NCBI RefSeq assembly: GCF_042660085.1
Contig: NZ_JBHSTI010000002.1
Span: 480,001 to 512,000 of the forward strand
Direction: 5' to 3'
Source: Longivirga aurantiaca
GTDB lineage: Bacteria > Actinomycetota > Actinomycetes > S36-B12 > CAIYMF01
Length of the DNA: 32,000 nt
Shown: piece after piece, positions 20,946 to 31,108 of the stretch
Position numbering within the stretch: position 1 is the stretch's first letter
Layout: each line of letters starts with the position of its first letter
Program-made: the position numbers and the translations under genes
Notes under the pieces: model-generated
What the model was told of the DNA's origin: nothing
Databases searched by the model: none
What the model saw: only the letters and a program-made list of their open reading frames with translations

Positions 20946-21854
20946 ATGGCTGCCACAGACGAGCCTGTCCGCCAGCGCGCGGCGCAGCAGGAGACCGGGC
21001 ACTCGCGCGACCTCGAGCGTCCGCCGCTCCCCGAGCCGCTGCGCACGCCGGTGATCGACACGCACTGCCACATCGACATCCACGACGGCGACGCCGGGGC
21101 CGAGTGGCTCGGCGTCGGCGAGGCTCTGGCCCGAGCGGCGTCGGTCGGCGTCACGCGCGTGGTGCAGGTGGGCTGCGACCTGCCGAGCGCGCGCTGGTCC
21201 GTCGTCGCCGCCCACGAGCACGAGCACCTCGTCGCCACCGTCGCCCTGCACCCCAACGAGGCGCCGCGGATCGAGGCGGCGTCCGGTAGGGCGGCGCTCG
21301 AGGAGGGCTGGGCCGAGATCGAGTCGCTCGCCGCCGATCCGCGCGTGCGGGCGGTGGGGGAGACCGGTCTCGACTTCTTCCGCACGGGCGAGGAGGGCCG
21401 TGCCACGCAGGAGGAGTCGTTCCGCCGGCACATCGACCTCGCCAAGCGGCTCGGCAAACCGGTCGTGATCCACGACCGCGACGCGCACGACGACGTGATC
21501 CGCGTGCTCGAGTCCGAGGGCGCCCCTGAGCACGTCGTCTTCCACTGCTACTCGGGCGACGCCGAGATGGCGCGCTACTGCACCGAGCGCGGGTGGTTCC
21601 TGTCGTTCGCGGGCACCGTGACGTTCAAGAACGCCAAGGTCCTGCGCGAGGCCGCCGCGGTGGCACCGCTCGCGAACCTGCTGGTGGAGACGGACGCGCC
21701 GTACCTCACGCCGACGCCGTACCGCGGCCGTCCGAACGCCTCCTACCTCGTGCCGCACACGGTGCGCGCGATGGCCGAGGCCGGCGGTCACGACGAGGAC
21801 GTGCTCGCCCAGGCGCTGTGGGACAACGCCCAGCGGGTGTTCGGCCCGTGGTGA
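20946..21854 (+). CDS. tatD: TatD family metal-dependent hydrolase/DNase
   Basis: The ATG at 20946 lies in frame within track ORF 19023..21854. The metal-binding motif IDTHCHID is present, along with GETGLDFFR and ETDAPYLTP. Confidence 0.9.
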   Translation: MAATDEPVRQRAAQQETGHSRDLERPPLPEPLRTPVIDTHCHIDIHDGDAGAEWLGVGEALARAASVGVTRVVQVGCDLPSARWSVVAAHEHEHLVATVALHPNEAPRIEAASGRAALEEGWAEIESLAADPRVRAVGETGLDFFRTGEEGRATQEESFRRHIDLAKRLGKPVVIHDRDAHDDVIRVLESEGAPEHVVFHCYSGDAEMARYCTERGWFLSFAGTVTFKNAKVLREAAAVAPLANLLVETDAPYLTPTPYRGRPNASYLVPHTVRAMAEAGGHDEDVLAQALWDNAQRVFGPW

Positions 21855-22714
21855 CGCCCGACGGCCACGACGGCCTGCTCGGCGCGACGGAGATCCGGCT
21901 GCTCGCCGACCGGCTCGGGGTGAGGCCGACGAAGCAGAAGGGCCAGAACTTCGTCATCGACGGCAACACCGTGCGGCGCATCGTGCGCACGGCGGAGGTC
22001 GGCCCCGACGACGTGGTGATCGAGGTCGGCCCCGGGCTCGGGTCGCTCACGCTCGCGCTGCTGCCCGAGGTGGCGCGCGTGGTCGCGATCGAGATCGACG
22101 ATGTGCTCGCCCCTGCCCTCGCCACGACCGTGGAGGCGCGCCGCCCGGACCTGCTCGACCGGCTCGAGGTCGTGCACGCCGACGCGCTGCAGGTGCGCTC
22201 GCTCGACGGCCCGGCCCCGACGGCGCTCGTCGCGAACCTGCCGTACAACGTCTCGGTGCCGGTGATCCTGCACCTGCTCGAGCACTTCCCGAGCATCCGT
22301 CGCGTGCTCGTGATGGTGCAGCTCGAGGTGGCCGACCGGCTCGCCGCCGGCCCGGGCTCGAAGGTCTACGGCGTGCCCAGCGTGAAGGCTCGCTGGTACG
22401 GCGACGTCGCGCTGGTCGGCAAGGTCGGCCGCACGGTCTTCTGGCCCGCGCCGAACGTCGACAGCGGCCTCGTCGCGATCACCCGTACATCGCCCCCGGA
22501 GACCACGGCGACCCGCGCCGAGGTGTTCGCCGTCGTCGACGCCGCCTTCGCCCAGCGCCGCAAGACCCTGCGTGCCGCGCTCGGTCAGTGGGCCGGCTCG
22601 CCCGCCGCGGCCGAGGAGATCCTGCGCGCCGCCGGTATCGACCCGAGCGAGCGCGGCGAGCAGCTCGACGTCGCCGCCTTCGCCGCCATCGCCGCCGCCC
22701 AGGGCCGCGAGTAG
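21851..22714 (+). CDS. rsmA: 16S rRNA (adenine1518/1519-N6)-dimethyltransferase RsmA/KsgA
   Basis: The GTG at 21851 overlaps the tatD stop (GTGA); GTG 21848 is equally possible. Motifs are [12 protein letters not shown], the SAM-binding [12 protein letters not shown] and NLPYNVSVP. Confidence 0.9.
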   Translation: MTPDGHDGLLGATEIRLLADRLGVRPTKQKGQNFVIDGNTVRRIVRTAEVGPDDVVIEVGPGLGSLTLALLPEVARVVAIEIDDVLAPALATTVEARRPDLLDRLEVVHADALQVRSLDGPAPTALVANLPYNVSVPVILHLLEHFPSIRRVLVMVQLEVADRLAAGPGSKVYGVPSVKARWYGDVALVGKVGRTVFWPAPNVDSGLVAITRTSPPETTATRAEVFAVVDAAFAQRRKTLRAALGQWAGSPAAAEEILRAAGIDPSERGEQLDVAAFAAIAAAQGRE

Positions 22715-22762
22715 CTGCCCGAAGCGGGGTGATGGAGCCGCCCATCACCCCGCTTCGGGCAG
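22715..22762 (+). terminator. Perfect 21-bp-stem hairpin starting immediately after the rsmA stop codon
   Basis: The arms are ctgcccgaagcggggtgatgg (22715-22735) and ccatcaccccgcttcgggcag (22742-22762), with loop agccgc. There is no U-tract. The two mirrored track ORFs here (22572..22790 +, 22585..22788 -) are by-products of the palindrome. Confidence 0.6.
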
Positions 22763-22787
22763 TAACTCGCTTCTGCCCGCCAGCACA

Positions 22788-22793
22788 TAGGGT
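22788..22793 (+). promoter_or_regulatory. Candidate -10 hexamer TAGGGT placed for a leaderless ispE transcript
   Basis: tagggt is followed by 6 nt (cggagc) and then GTG at 22800, with no SD. The same hexamer occurs upstream of mfd (5733-5738) and glmU (29559-29564). Confidence 0.3.
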
Positions 22794-22799
22794 CGGAGC

Positions 22800-23722
22800 G
22801 TGCTCGCTTCTGTGACGGTCCGCGCCCCGGCGAAGGTCAACCTCGCCCTCGGCGTCGGTCCGCTGCGCGAGGACGGCTTCCACGGGCTCGCCACGGTCTT
22901 CCACGCGGTCGGCCTGTACGACGACCTCGTCGCGACGCCGCTGCCCACGGGGTCGGGCATCCAGCTGCATGTCGCGGGCGAAGGCGCGTCCGAGGTGCCG
23001 CTCGATGGCACCAACCTCGCGTGGCGCGCGGTCGAGGCGCTCGTGCCGTACGGCGGGTCGCACGACGTCTCGCTCGCCATCCGCAAGGGGATCCCGGTGG
23101 CCGGCGGCATGGCCGGCGGAAGCGCCGATGCCGCCGCAGCCCTCGTCGCGGTCGACGCGCTCTTCGGCCTGGGCCTCGGCCGCGAGACCCTGATGGACGT
23201 GGGCGCCGAGCTCGGCAGCGACGTCCCGTTCTCGATCCACGGCGGTACGGCGGTGGGCCGCGACCGCGGCACCGAGCTGACCACCGCCATGGTCCGCGGC
23301 ACCTTCCACTGGGTCTTCGTCCTCGCCGAGGAGGGCCTGTCGACGCCCGCCGTCTACCGCGAGACCGACCGGCTGCGCGCCGGTCAGCCGGTGCCCGAGC
23401 CCGAGGTGCCGGCCGAGCTGATGTCGGCGCTGCGCGCAGGCGACCCCGTCGCCCTCGGCAAGGCGCTGCGCAACGACCTGCAGACCGGCGCGGTGTCGCT
23501 GCGACCCCTGCTCGCCCAGGTGCTCTCGATCGGCGAGGAGTACGGCGCCCTCGGCGGCGTCGTCTCCGGCAGCGGACCGACCTGCGCGTTCCTGGCGCGC
23601 GACGACGAGCACGCGCTCGACCTCGCCGTCGCGTTCACGGCGTCCGGCGTCTGCCGCACGGTGCGACGGGCGGTCGGCCCGGTCGCCGGGGCGAAGGTCG
23701 TCGACCAGCGGGCAGCAGGCTG

Positions 23723-23723
<1 letters not shown>
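22800..23723 (+). CDS. ispE: 4-(cytidine 5'-diphospho)-2-C-methyl-D-erythritol kinase
   Basis: It uses a GTG start. Motifs are the N-terminal APAKVNLALGVG and the GHMP-kinase ATP motif KGIPVAGGMAGGSADAAAAL. Confidence 0.9.
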
Positions 23724-25624
<1,901 letters not shown>

Positions 25625-25633
25625 CCTGTCGCG

Positions 25634-26752
25634 GTGCAGAACTCCACGAAGGTCCTCGTCATCGGCGGGTCGGCCGCCGGCCTCGCCACGGCCGCGTGCC
25701 TGAAGGACACGGGCGTCCCGTTCGAGGTCCTCGAGGCGACCGACGTCGTGGGCACCGCGTGGCGCCACCACTACGACCGGCTGCACCTGCACACGCCCAA
25801 GTCGGCGTCCACGCTGCCGGGCACGCCGATGCCGCGCGGCTGGCCGCGCTACCCCGCACGCGAGCAGGTGGTGGAGTACCTCGAGACGTACGCCGCGGAG
25901 CACGGGATCGAGCCGCGCTTCGGGCAGACGGTGTCGAGCATCGAGCGCGCCGGCTCCGGCTGGACCGTGACGACGCAGGACACCACGTGGCACGCCGACC
26001 ACGTGGTGGTGGCGACCGGAGCCACGCGCGTGCCCGTGCGGCCGAGCTGGCCCGGCCTCGAGTCGTTCGGAGGCGCCGTCCTGCACTCGAGCGAGTACCG
26101 CAACGGCGAGCCGTGGCGCGGGGGATCGGTGCTCGTCGTCGGGTTCGGCAACTCCGCGTGCGAGCAGGCGATCGACCTCGTCGAGCACGGCGTCGCCGCG
26201 CACCTGTCGGTGCGCTCGCAGGTCAACGTGCTGCCGCGCGACCTGCTCGGCATCCCCGTCCTGAAGATGGGGATCGCGATGCGCGTGCTGCCGACCGGCC
26301 TCGCCGACGCCCTCGCCGCACCGCTCGTGCGGCTCACGGTCGGCGACATCACGAAGGTGGGCCTGAGGAAGCTGCCGTACGGCCCCAACACGCAGATCAA
26401 GAACGACAAGCACATCCCGCTGCTCGACATCGGCACGATGGACCACATCAAGGCGGGCCGCATCGCCGTGCACGGCGACATCGAGCGGTTCACGGCGTCC
26501 GGCGTCGTGTTCGACGACGGCGCCCAGGTCGACGTCGACGCCGTCGTGCTCGCGACCGGCTACCGCCCGGCCCTCGAGGACCTGCTGCCCGAGTGGCGCG
26601 CGGTCTGCGGCGACGACGGTCGACCGATCGTGAGCGGCGGCCCCACCGCGCTGCCGGGCCTGTGGTTCGTCGGCCAGTTCGTGTCGCCGTCGGGGATGCT
26701 GCGCGAGATGGGTCTCGAGGCCAAGCGCGTCGCCGCAGCCGTCGCTGGCTGA
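25634..26752 (+). CDS. Flavin-containing monooxygenase-type NAD(P)/FAD oxidoreductase
   Basis: It uses a GTG start 9 nt after the ABC-F stop. The FAD motif is VLVIGGSAAGLATA, the FMO motif FxGxxxHxxxY is FGGAVLHSSEY, the NADPH motif is VLVVGFGNSACEQA, and ATGY is present as VLATGYRP. Confidence 0.8.
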   Translation: MQNSTKVLVIGGSAAGLATAACLKDTGVPFEVLEATDVVGTAWRHHYDRLHLHTPKSASTLPGTPMPRGWPRYPAREQVVEYLETYAAEHGIEPRFGQTVSSIERAGSGWTVTTQDTTWHADHVVVATGATRVPVRPSWPGLESFGGAVLHSSEYRNGEPWRGGSVLVVGFGNSACEQAIDLVEHGVAAHLSVRSQVNVLPRDLLGIPVLKMGIAMRVLPTGLADALAAPLVRLTVGDITKVGLRKLPYGPNTQIKNDKHIPLLDIGTMDHIKAGRIAVHGDIERFTASGVVFDDGAQVDVDAVVLATGYRPALEDLLPEWRAVCGDDGRPIVSGGPTALPGLWFVGQFVSPSGMLREMGLEAKRVAAAVAG

Positions 26753-26765
26753 GCGGGGCAGCGCG

Positions 26766-26794
26766 GGGCAGCCGGACCGGTGGCCCGGCTGCCC
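26766..26794. terminator. Bidirectional terminator-like hairpin between convergent genes
   Basis: The 10-bp stem is gggcagccgg (26766-26775) and ccggctgccc (26785-26794), with a 9-nt loop. It sits roughly midway between the FMO stop (26752) and the stop of the minus-strand gene (26809), 13-14 nt from each. Confidence 0.5.
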
Positions 26795-26808
26795 GGAGGC
26801 GCATCGGA

Positions 26809-27357
26809 CTACGACCTGCGGTCGGATGCGACGTAGGTGATCTCGCCCTGCGAGAAGGTCCCGCTCGTCGTCGTGGGAGGCGACTGGAGGTCCGAGCTCC
26901 GGGCCAGCAGCTGGCCCGAGCCGGTGGCGTGCAGGAACCGACCCGTGCCGCCGGTGATCGTCCAGTCGACGGTCGGGACGCTGATGAGTCCGCCGGACTC
27001 ATCGACGTAGAGGTAGAACGTGCCCGACTCCGCCATGTACAGCTGGTCCCCGTTCGCCGCGATGATCACGATCGTGCCGTGGTCGAACGTGCCGGTGGTC
27101 GGGCCGGTCAGGTAGCTGCAGTGGCTGATCGTGAACTGCGAGCGGCCCAGGTTCGACAGGTACGCGGTGCCGGACGCGGTGTAGCGCCAGACTGCGCCAG
27201 CGGGGCAGCCGGTCGGTGCTTCGGGCGGGAGGTCCTGGGTCACGACGGTGCCGGTCAGCGGGCGGCTGACGGGCGGTGGGGCCGCCGATGCGGCGGGAGG
27301 TGCGAGGCTCAGCACGGCCACGGCGGCCACGGCGAGCCCGATGAGTGCGCGCTTCAT
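26809..27357 (-). CDS. Secreted protein of unknown function (beta-rich; weak dirigent/allene-oxide-cyclase-barrel-like motif)
   Basis: The ATG at 27357 (MKRALIGLAVAAVAVLSLAPPAASA|AP) gives a classic Sec signal. The mature part is rich in G/T/S beta-strand pattern. The motif WTITGGTGRFLHATGSG is reminiscent of dirigent-like barrels, but the family call is tentative. Confidence 0.6.
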   Translation of the reverse strand: MKRALIGLAVAAVAVLSLAPPAASAAPPPVSRPLTGTVVTQDLPPEAPTGCPAGAVWRYTASGTAYLSNLGRSQFTISHCSYLTGPTTGTFDHGTIVIIAANGDQLYMAESGTFYLYVDESGGLISVPTVDWTITGGTGRFLHATGSGQLLARSSDLQSPPTTTSGTFSQGEITYVASDRRS

Positions 27358-27523
27358 AAGGATCACTTCCCCGTCGGGGGCGATCGCCACCACTGTCTGT
27401 GGGGTCGCCAACCCCCACGGGAGATCCTGCTCCGACGCCGGGCCCGATGCAGGTCGGCCGCCGACGCCCGTCCTGGGGCCCAGGCCGGGGTGGTTCTGGC
27501 GCAGGGAAGGCCCGGGGCGGCGA

Positions 27524-28042
27524 TCAGGTGGGCGGGGTGTTCGCCGTGTCGAAGGGCAGGGTGAGGCTGCGGAGCACGGTGGCGAGGCGCTCCCGCTCGG
27601 TGACGGTGAGGGCGGCGAGGATGGCGCGCTCGTGGGCCAGCAGGTCGGTGAGGGCGTCGTCCACCCGCGTGCGACCGCCGTCGGTGAGCAGCACCCGGAC
27701 GCTGCGGCCGTCGGTGGGGTCGGGCACGCGCTCGACGAGGCCCTTGGCCTCGAGCCGGTCGATGCGGTTGGTCATCGTGCCGCTCGTGACGAGGGTGACC
27801 TGCAGCAGCCGTCCGGGGGAGAGCGCGTACGGCGGCCCCTCGCGGCGCAACGCTGCCAGGACGTCGAACTCCCACGGCTCGAGGTCGTGCGTCTCGAAGG
27901 CCTGACGCCGGGCGAGGTCGAGGTGGCGGGCGAGGCGCGAGACGCGCGACAGCACCTCCAGCGGGGCGACGTCGAGGTCGGGGCGCTCGCGGCGCCAGGC
28001 CTCGACGAGCGCGTCCACCTCGTCGCGGGGGTCGGTGCTCAC
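27524..28042 (-). CDS. MarR family transcriptional regulator
   Basis: It uses a GTG start. The winged-HTH region is WEFDVLAALRREGPPYALSPGRLLQVTLVTSGTMTNRIDRLEAKGLVERVPDPTDGRSVRVLLT. Confidence 0.85.
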   Translation of the reverse strand: MSTDPRDEVDALVEAWRRERPDLDVAPLEVLSRVSRLARHLDLARRQAFETHDLEPWEFDVLAALRREGPPYALSPGRLLQVTLVTSGTMTNRIDRLEAKGLVERVPDPTDGRSVRVLLTDGGRTRVDDALTDLLAHERAILAALTVTERERLATVLRSLTLPFDTANTPPT

Positions 28043-28060
28043 GGTCGGACTCTACGCCCG

Positions 28061-28080
28061 GTCTCTCGACGTCGAGATAC
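28061..28080. promoter_or_regulatory. Palindromic operator candidate upstream of the MarR gene
   Basis: gtCtctcgacgtcgagaTac contains a perfect 14-bp palindrome, tctcgacgtcgaga (28064-28077), extendable to 20 bp with one symmetric mismatch. Its centre lies ~28 nt upstream of the MarR start. With no spacer it is a poor RNA hairpin, which favours a dimer-binding site. Confidence 0.4.
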
Positions 28081-28087
28081 CTGGGGA

Positions 28088-28525
28088 TCAGCCAAGCGAC
28101 GACCAGCGCGTCTCGCCGTCGTGCACCACGTCCGTGGGACGCAGCCCGATGCGCGCGGCGACCCGCTCCGACGCCGTGTGCCCGGGCGCGATGTGCGCGA
28201 TCACCTCGACCGCGCCGGCCTCGGTCATGGCCGTCACGAGCGCCGCGGCGGCCTCGCTGGCATAGCCGTGACCCTGCCACGGCGTGCCGACCACCCAGGC
28301 GAGCTCGGCGACCACCGCGGAGGCAGACGCCGTCACCGTCGCCTGCAGGAAGCCGACGGCCGATCCGCCGGCACGCTCCCGGGCGACCCAGTTGTGCCAG
28401 GTCTCCTGCCCGTCGTCCGAGCGGCCGAGCACCTGCCGCGCATAGCGGGCCTCGAGCTGGGCCACGGTCGGAGGCTCGCCGCCGGTGACGACGTACAGGG
28501 AGGGGTCGGACAGGACGTCGACCAT
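28088..28525 (-). CDS. GNAT family N-acetyltransferase (RimJ/RimL-like); the true N-terminus is probably upstream, up to 28594
   Basis: The acetyl-CoA-binding region is ELAWVVGTPWQGHGYASEAAAAL. The frame is open upstream and encodes the typical beta1 segment LSTPALVTERLDLEPLRVEHAAEM, but it has no ATG/GTG/TTG. Confidence 0.75.
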   Translation of the reverse strand: MVDVLSDPSLYVVTGGEPPTVAQLEARYARQVLGRSDDGQETWHNWVARERAGGSAVGFLQATVTASASAVVAELAWVVGTPWQGHGYASEAAAALVTAMTEAGAVEVIAHIAPGHTASERVAARIGLRPTDVVHDGETRWSSLG

Positions 28526-28595
28526 CTCGGCTGCATGCTCGACCCGCAGCGGCTCGAGGTCGAGCCGCTCGGTGACGAGCGCCGGCGTGCTCAGG

Positions 28596-29285
28596 TCAGG
28601 CCTTCTTCGTGGCCTTGAGCGTGGGCTTCTTCTCCAGGCCCGCCAGCCCGTTCCAGGCGAGGTTCACCACGTGGGCGACGACCTCCTCCTTCTTGGGCTT
28701 GCGGACGTCGAGCCACCACTGACCGGTGAGCGCGACCATGCCGACGAGCATGTTGGCGTACATCGGCGCGAGCTTGGCCGGGAAGCCCTGGCGCTCGAAC
28801 TCGCGGGCGAGGCGGGCCTCGACCTGGCTGGCGACGTCGCGCAGCAGCGAGGCGAAGTTCCCCGTGCTCTGGGAGACGGGCGAGTCGCGCACGAGGATGC
28901 GGAATCCCTCGTTGTGCGTCTCGATGTAGTCGAACAGCGCCCGGCCGGCCTTCTCGAGCAGGTCGCGCGCGCCGCCGCTCGACCCGGTGAGCGAGTCGCT
29001 CACCATGCCCATGAGCGCGTTCATCTCGCGGTCGACGATGACGGCGTACAGGCCGTCCTTGCTGCCGAAGTGCTCGTAGACGACCGGCTTGGAGACGCCG
29101 GCCTTCGCGGCGATCTCCTCGATCGTGACGACCTCGAACCCCTTGGCGGCGAACAGCTTGCGACCCACGTCGATGAGCTGCTCGCGCCGCTCGCGGCCGC
29201 TCATGCGCACGCGCTCGGTGCGCTCCCGGCGTACAGGGGCGGGGTCGGCTTCGGCGGCGTCCGGCACGTTCGGGTCCACGGTCAC
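28596..29285 (-). CDS. TetR/AcrR family transcriptional regulator
   Basis: The HTH is TIEEIAAKAGVSKPVVYEHFGSKDGLY. The start is placed at GTG 29285 (VTVDPNVPD...), with ATG 29204 (MSGRERREQL) as an alternative. The track ORF extends further to 29618 across the tRNA and is not credible there. Confidence 0.85.
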   Translation of the reverse strand: MTVDPNVPDAAEADPAPVRRERTERVRMSGRERREQLIDVGRKLFAAKGFEVVTIEEIAAKAGVSKPVVYEHFGSKDGLYAVIVDREMNALMGMVSDSLTGSSGGARDLLEKAGRALFDYIETHNEGFRILVRDSPVSQSTGNFASLLRDVASQVEARLAREFERQGFPAKLAPMYANMLVGMVALTGQWWLDVRKPKKEEVVAHVVNLAWNGLAGLEKKPTLKATKKA

Positions 29286-29386
29286 GGCCTCATCCTGCCG
29301 CTCCGGCGGCCTGAACCGTCGACCGGACGCCGCGTCGCCCTCGCAGCACACCCTGGGAGGCGCTCTACCCTGGGCGTGCGAGACCT

Positions 29387-29463
29387 TCCCGGGTTGCTCT
29401 GCTGGCAGGGGCGACCGCACTTTGAATGCGGGTACGACGCAGGTTCGATTCCTGCCCCGGGAG
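29387..29463 (+). tRNA. tRNA-Gln (anticodon UUG), CCA not encoded
   Basis: The acceptor stem is tcccggg/cccggga (U1-A72) with discriminator G. The anticodon arm is ccgca-cTTTGaa-tgcgg. The T arm is gcagg-ttcgatt-cctgc, and the D-loop contains GGCA. Its position upstream of glmU-prs is conserved in actinobacteria. The spacing is atypical (77 nt). Confidence 0.65.
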
Positions 29464-29525
29464 CCCAGTGACAGGCGCGGGAACGGCGGGTGGACGGCTT
29501 CCGGCGCGGGGGTTCCGCGAGGTGG

Positions 29526-29544
29526 CCGGTCGGGCTCCGACCGG
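29526..29544 (+). terminator. Short GC hairpin downstream of tRNA-Gln
   Basis: The perfect 8-bp stem is ccggtcgg (29526-29533) and ccgaccgg (29537-29544), with loop gct. Its function is inferred only from position. Confidence 0.3.
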
Positions 29545-29605
29545 GTCCGGGCGCGGGGTAGGGTGATCCCGCCTCGCCCGCCACCTGGAGAGCAGTGACG
29601 CCCTC

Positions 29606-31108
29606 GTGAGCAGCCCACGACCGTCCGCCGTGGTCGTCCTCGCCGCTGGTGAGGGAACGCGCATGGTGTCGACGACGCCGAAGGTCCTCCACGAGATCGC
29701 CGGGCGCAGCCTCCTCGGGCACGTCCTCGCCGCCGTGGCCGGCCTCGACCCCGAGCACCTGGTCGTCGTCGTGGGCCACGGACGCGAGCGCGTCACCGAG
29801 CACCTCGCCTCGATCGCGCCGTCGGCCGTCGCCGTCGTCCAGGAGCAGCAGAACGGCACCGGGCACGCCGTCCGGGTCGCGCTGGAGGGCCTCGAGGCGA
29901 CGGGCGTCGCGCTCGACGGCTCCGGCCCGGTGCTGGTCGTCGCCGGCGACACCCCCCTGCTCACGACCGCCACCCTGCAGTCCCTCGTCGACACGCACGC
30001 CGCGGCAGGTGCGTCGTCGACCGTCCTCACCGCCGTGCTCGACGACCCCACGGGCTACGGCCGCGTGCTGCGCGACGGCGACTCCGTGACCGCGATCGTC
30101 GAGCACAAGGACGCCGACGACTCCCAGCGCGCGGTGCGCGAGGTCAACAGCGGCGTGTACGCGTTCGACGCCGCAGCCCTCCGCGACGCGCTCGGCCGCC
30201 TCACGACCGACAACGTGCAGGGCGAGGAGTACCTCACCGACGTGCTCGGGCTGCACGTCGCGTCCGGGCTCGTCGTCGCGGCGGTGACGGCGGACGACGC
30301 GAACGAGACCCTCGGCGTCAACGACCGCGTGCAGCTGGCCGAGGCACGCGCCCTGCTCCGCGACCGCACCAACACCGGCTGGATGCGGGCGGGCGTCACG
30401 ATCGTCGACCCCGCCACCACCTGGATCGACTCCGACGTCGTCCTCGCGCCCGACTGCGTGGTCGAGCGCAACACCGGCCTGCACGGCCGCACCACCATCG
30501 CGCGCGGCGCCGTCGTCGGCCCCGACACCACGCTCATCGACGTCGTCGTCGGCGAGGGCGCGAGCGTCCTGCGCAGCCAGGTCACGTCCGCCGACATCGG
30601 CGCGGGCGCCACGGTCGGCCCGTTCACGTTCGTCCGGCCTGGCACCGTGCTCGGCCCGAAGGCCAAGCTCGGCGCCTACGTCGAGGCCAAGAACGCCGTC
30701 ATCGGCGAGGGCTCCAAGGTGCCGCACCTGTCGTACGTCGGCGATGCGGAGATCGGCGTCGGCTCCAACCTGGGCGCCGGCACGATCACGGTGAACTACG
30801 ACGGCATCGACAAGCACCGCACGGTGATCGGCGACCACGTGCGCGTGGGCAGCGACTCCATGCTCATCGCGCCCGTGACGGTCGGGGACGGCGCCTACAC
30901 GGCGGCCGGCTCGGTCGTCACCGACGCCGTGCCGCCGGGCGCCATGGCCGTGGCGCGCGCCCGCCAGCGCAACATCGAGGGCTGGGTCGAGCGGCGACGC
31001 CCGGGCAGCCCCGCTGCTGAGGCGGCTGCTGCCGCCAAGGCCCACCACGCTTCCGGGACGGCGACCGCCGACCCCGGTGACAGCACGCACGAGGAGCAGG
31101 CCCAGTGA
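29606..31108 (+). CDS. glmU: Bifunctional UDP-N-acetylglucosamine diphosphorylase / glucosamine-1-phosphate N-acetyltransferase
   Basis: It uses a GTG start. The N-terminal motif is [11 protein letters not shown]. The C-terminal left-handed beta-helix has hexapeptide repeats (...[42 protein letters not shown]...). Confidence 0.95.
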   Translation: MSSPRPSAVVVLAAGEGTRMVSTTPKVLHEIAGRSLLGHVLAAVAGLDPEHLVVVVGHGRERVTEHLASIAPSAVAVVQEQQNGTGHAVRVALEGLEATGVALDGSGPVLVVAGDTPLLTTATLQSLVDTHAAAGASSTVLTAVLDDPTGYGRVLRDGDSVTAIVEHKDADDSQRAVREVNSGVYAFDAAALRDALGRLTTDNVQGEEYLTDVLGLHVASGLVVAAVTADDANETLGVNDRVQLAEARALLRDRTNTGWMRAGVTIVDPATTWIDSDVVLAPDCVVERNTGLHGRTTIARGAVVGPDTTLIDVVVGEGASVLRSQVTSADIGAGATVGPFTFVRPGTVLGPKAKLGAYVEAKNAVIGEGSKVPHLSYVGDAEIGVGSNLGAGTITVNYDGIDKHRTVIGDHVRVGSDSMLIAPVTVGDGAYTAAGSVVTDAVPPGAMAVARARQRNIEGWVERRRPGSPAAEAAAAAKAHHASGTATADPGDSTHEEQAQ

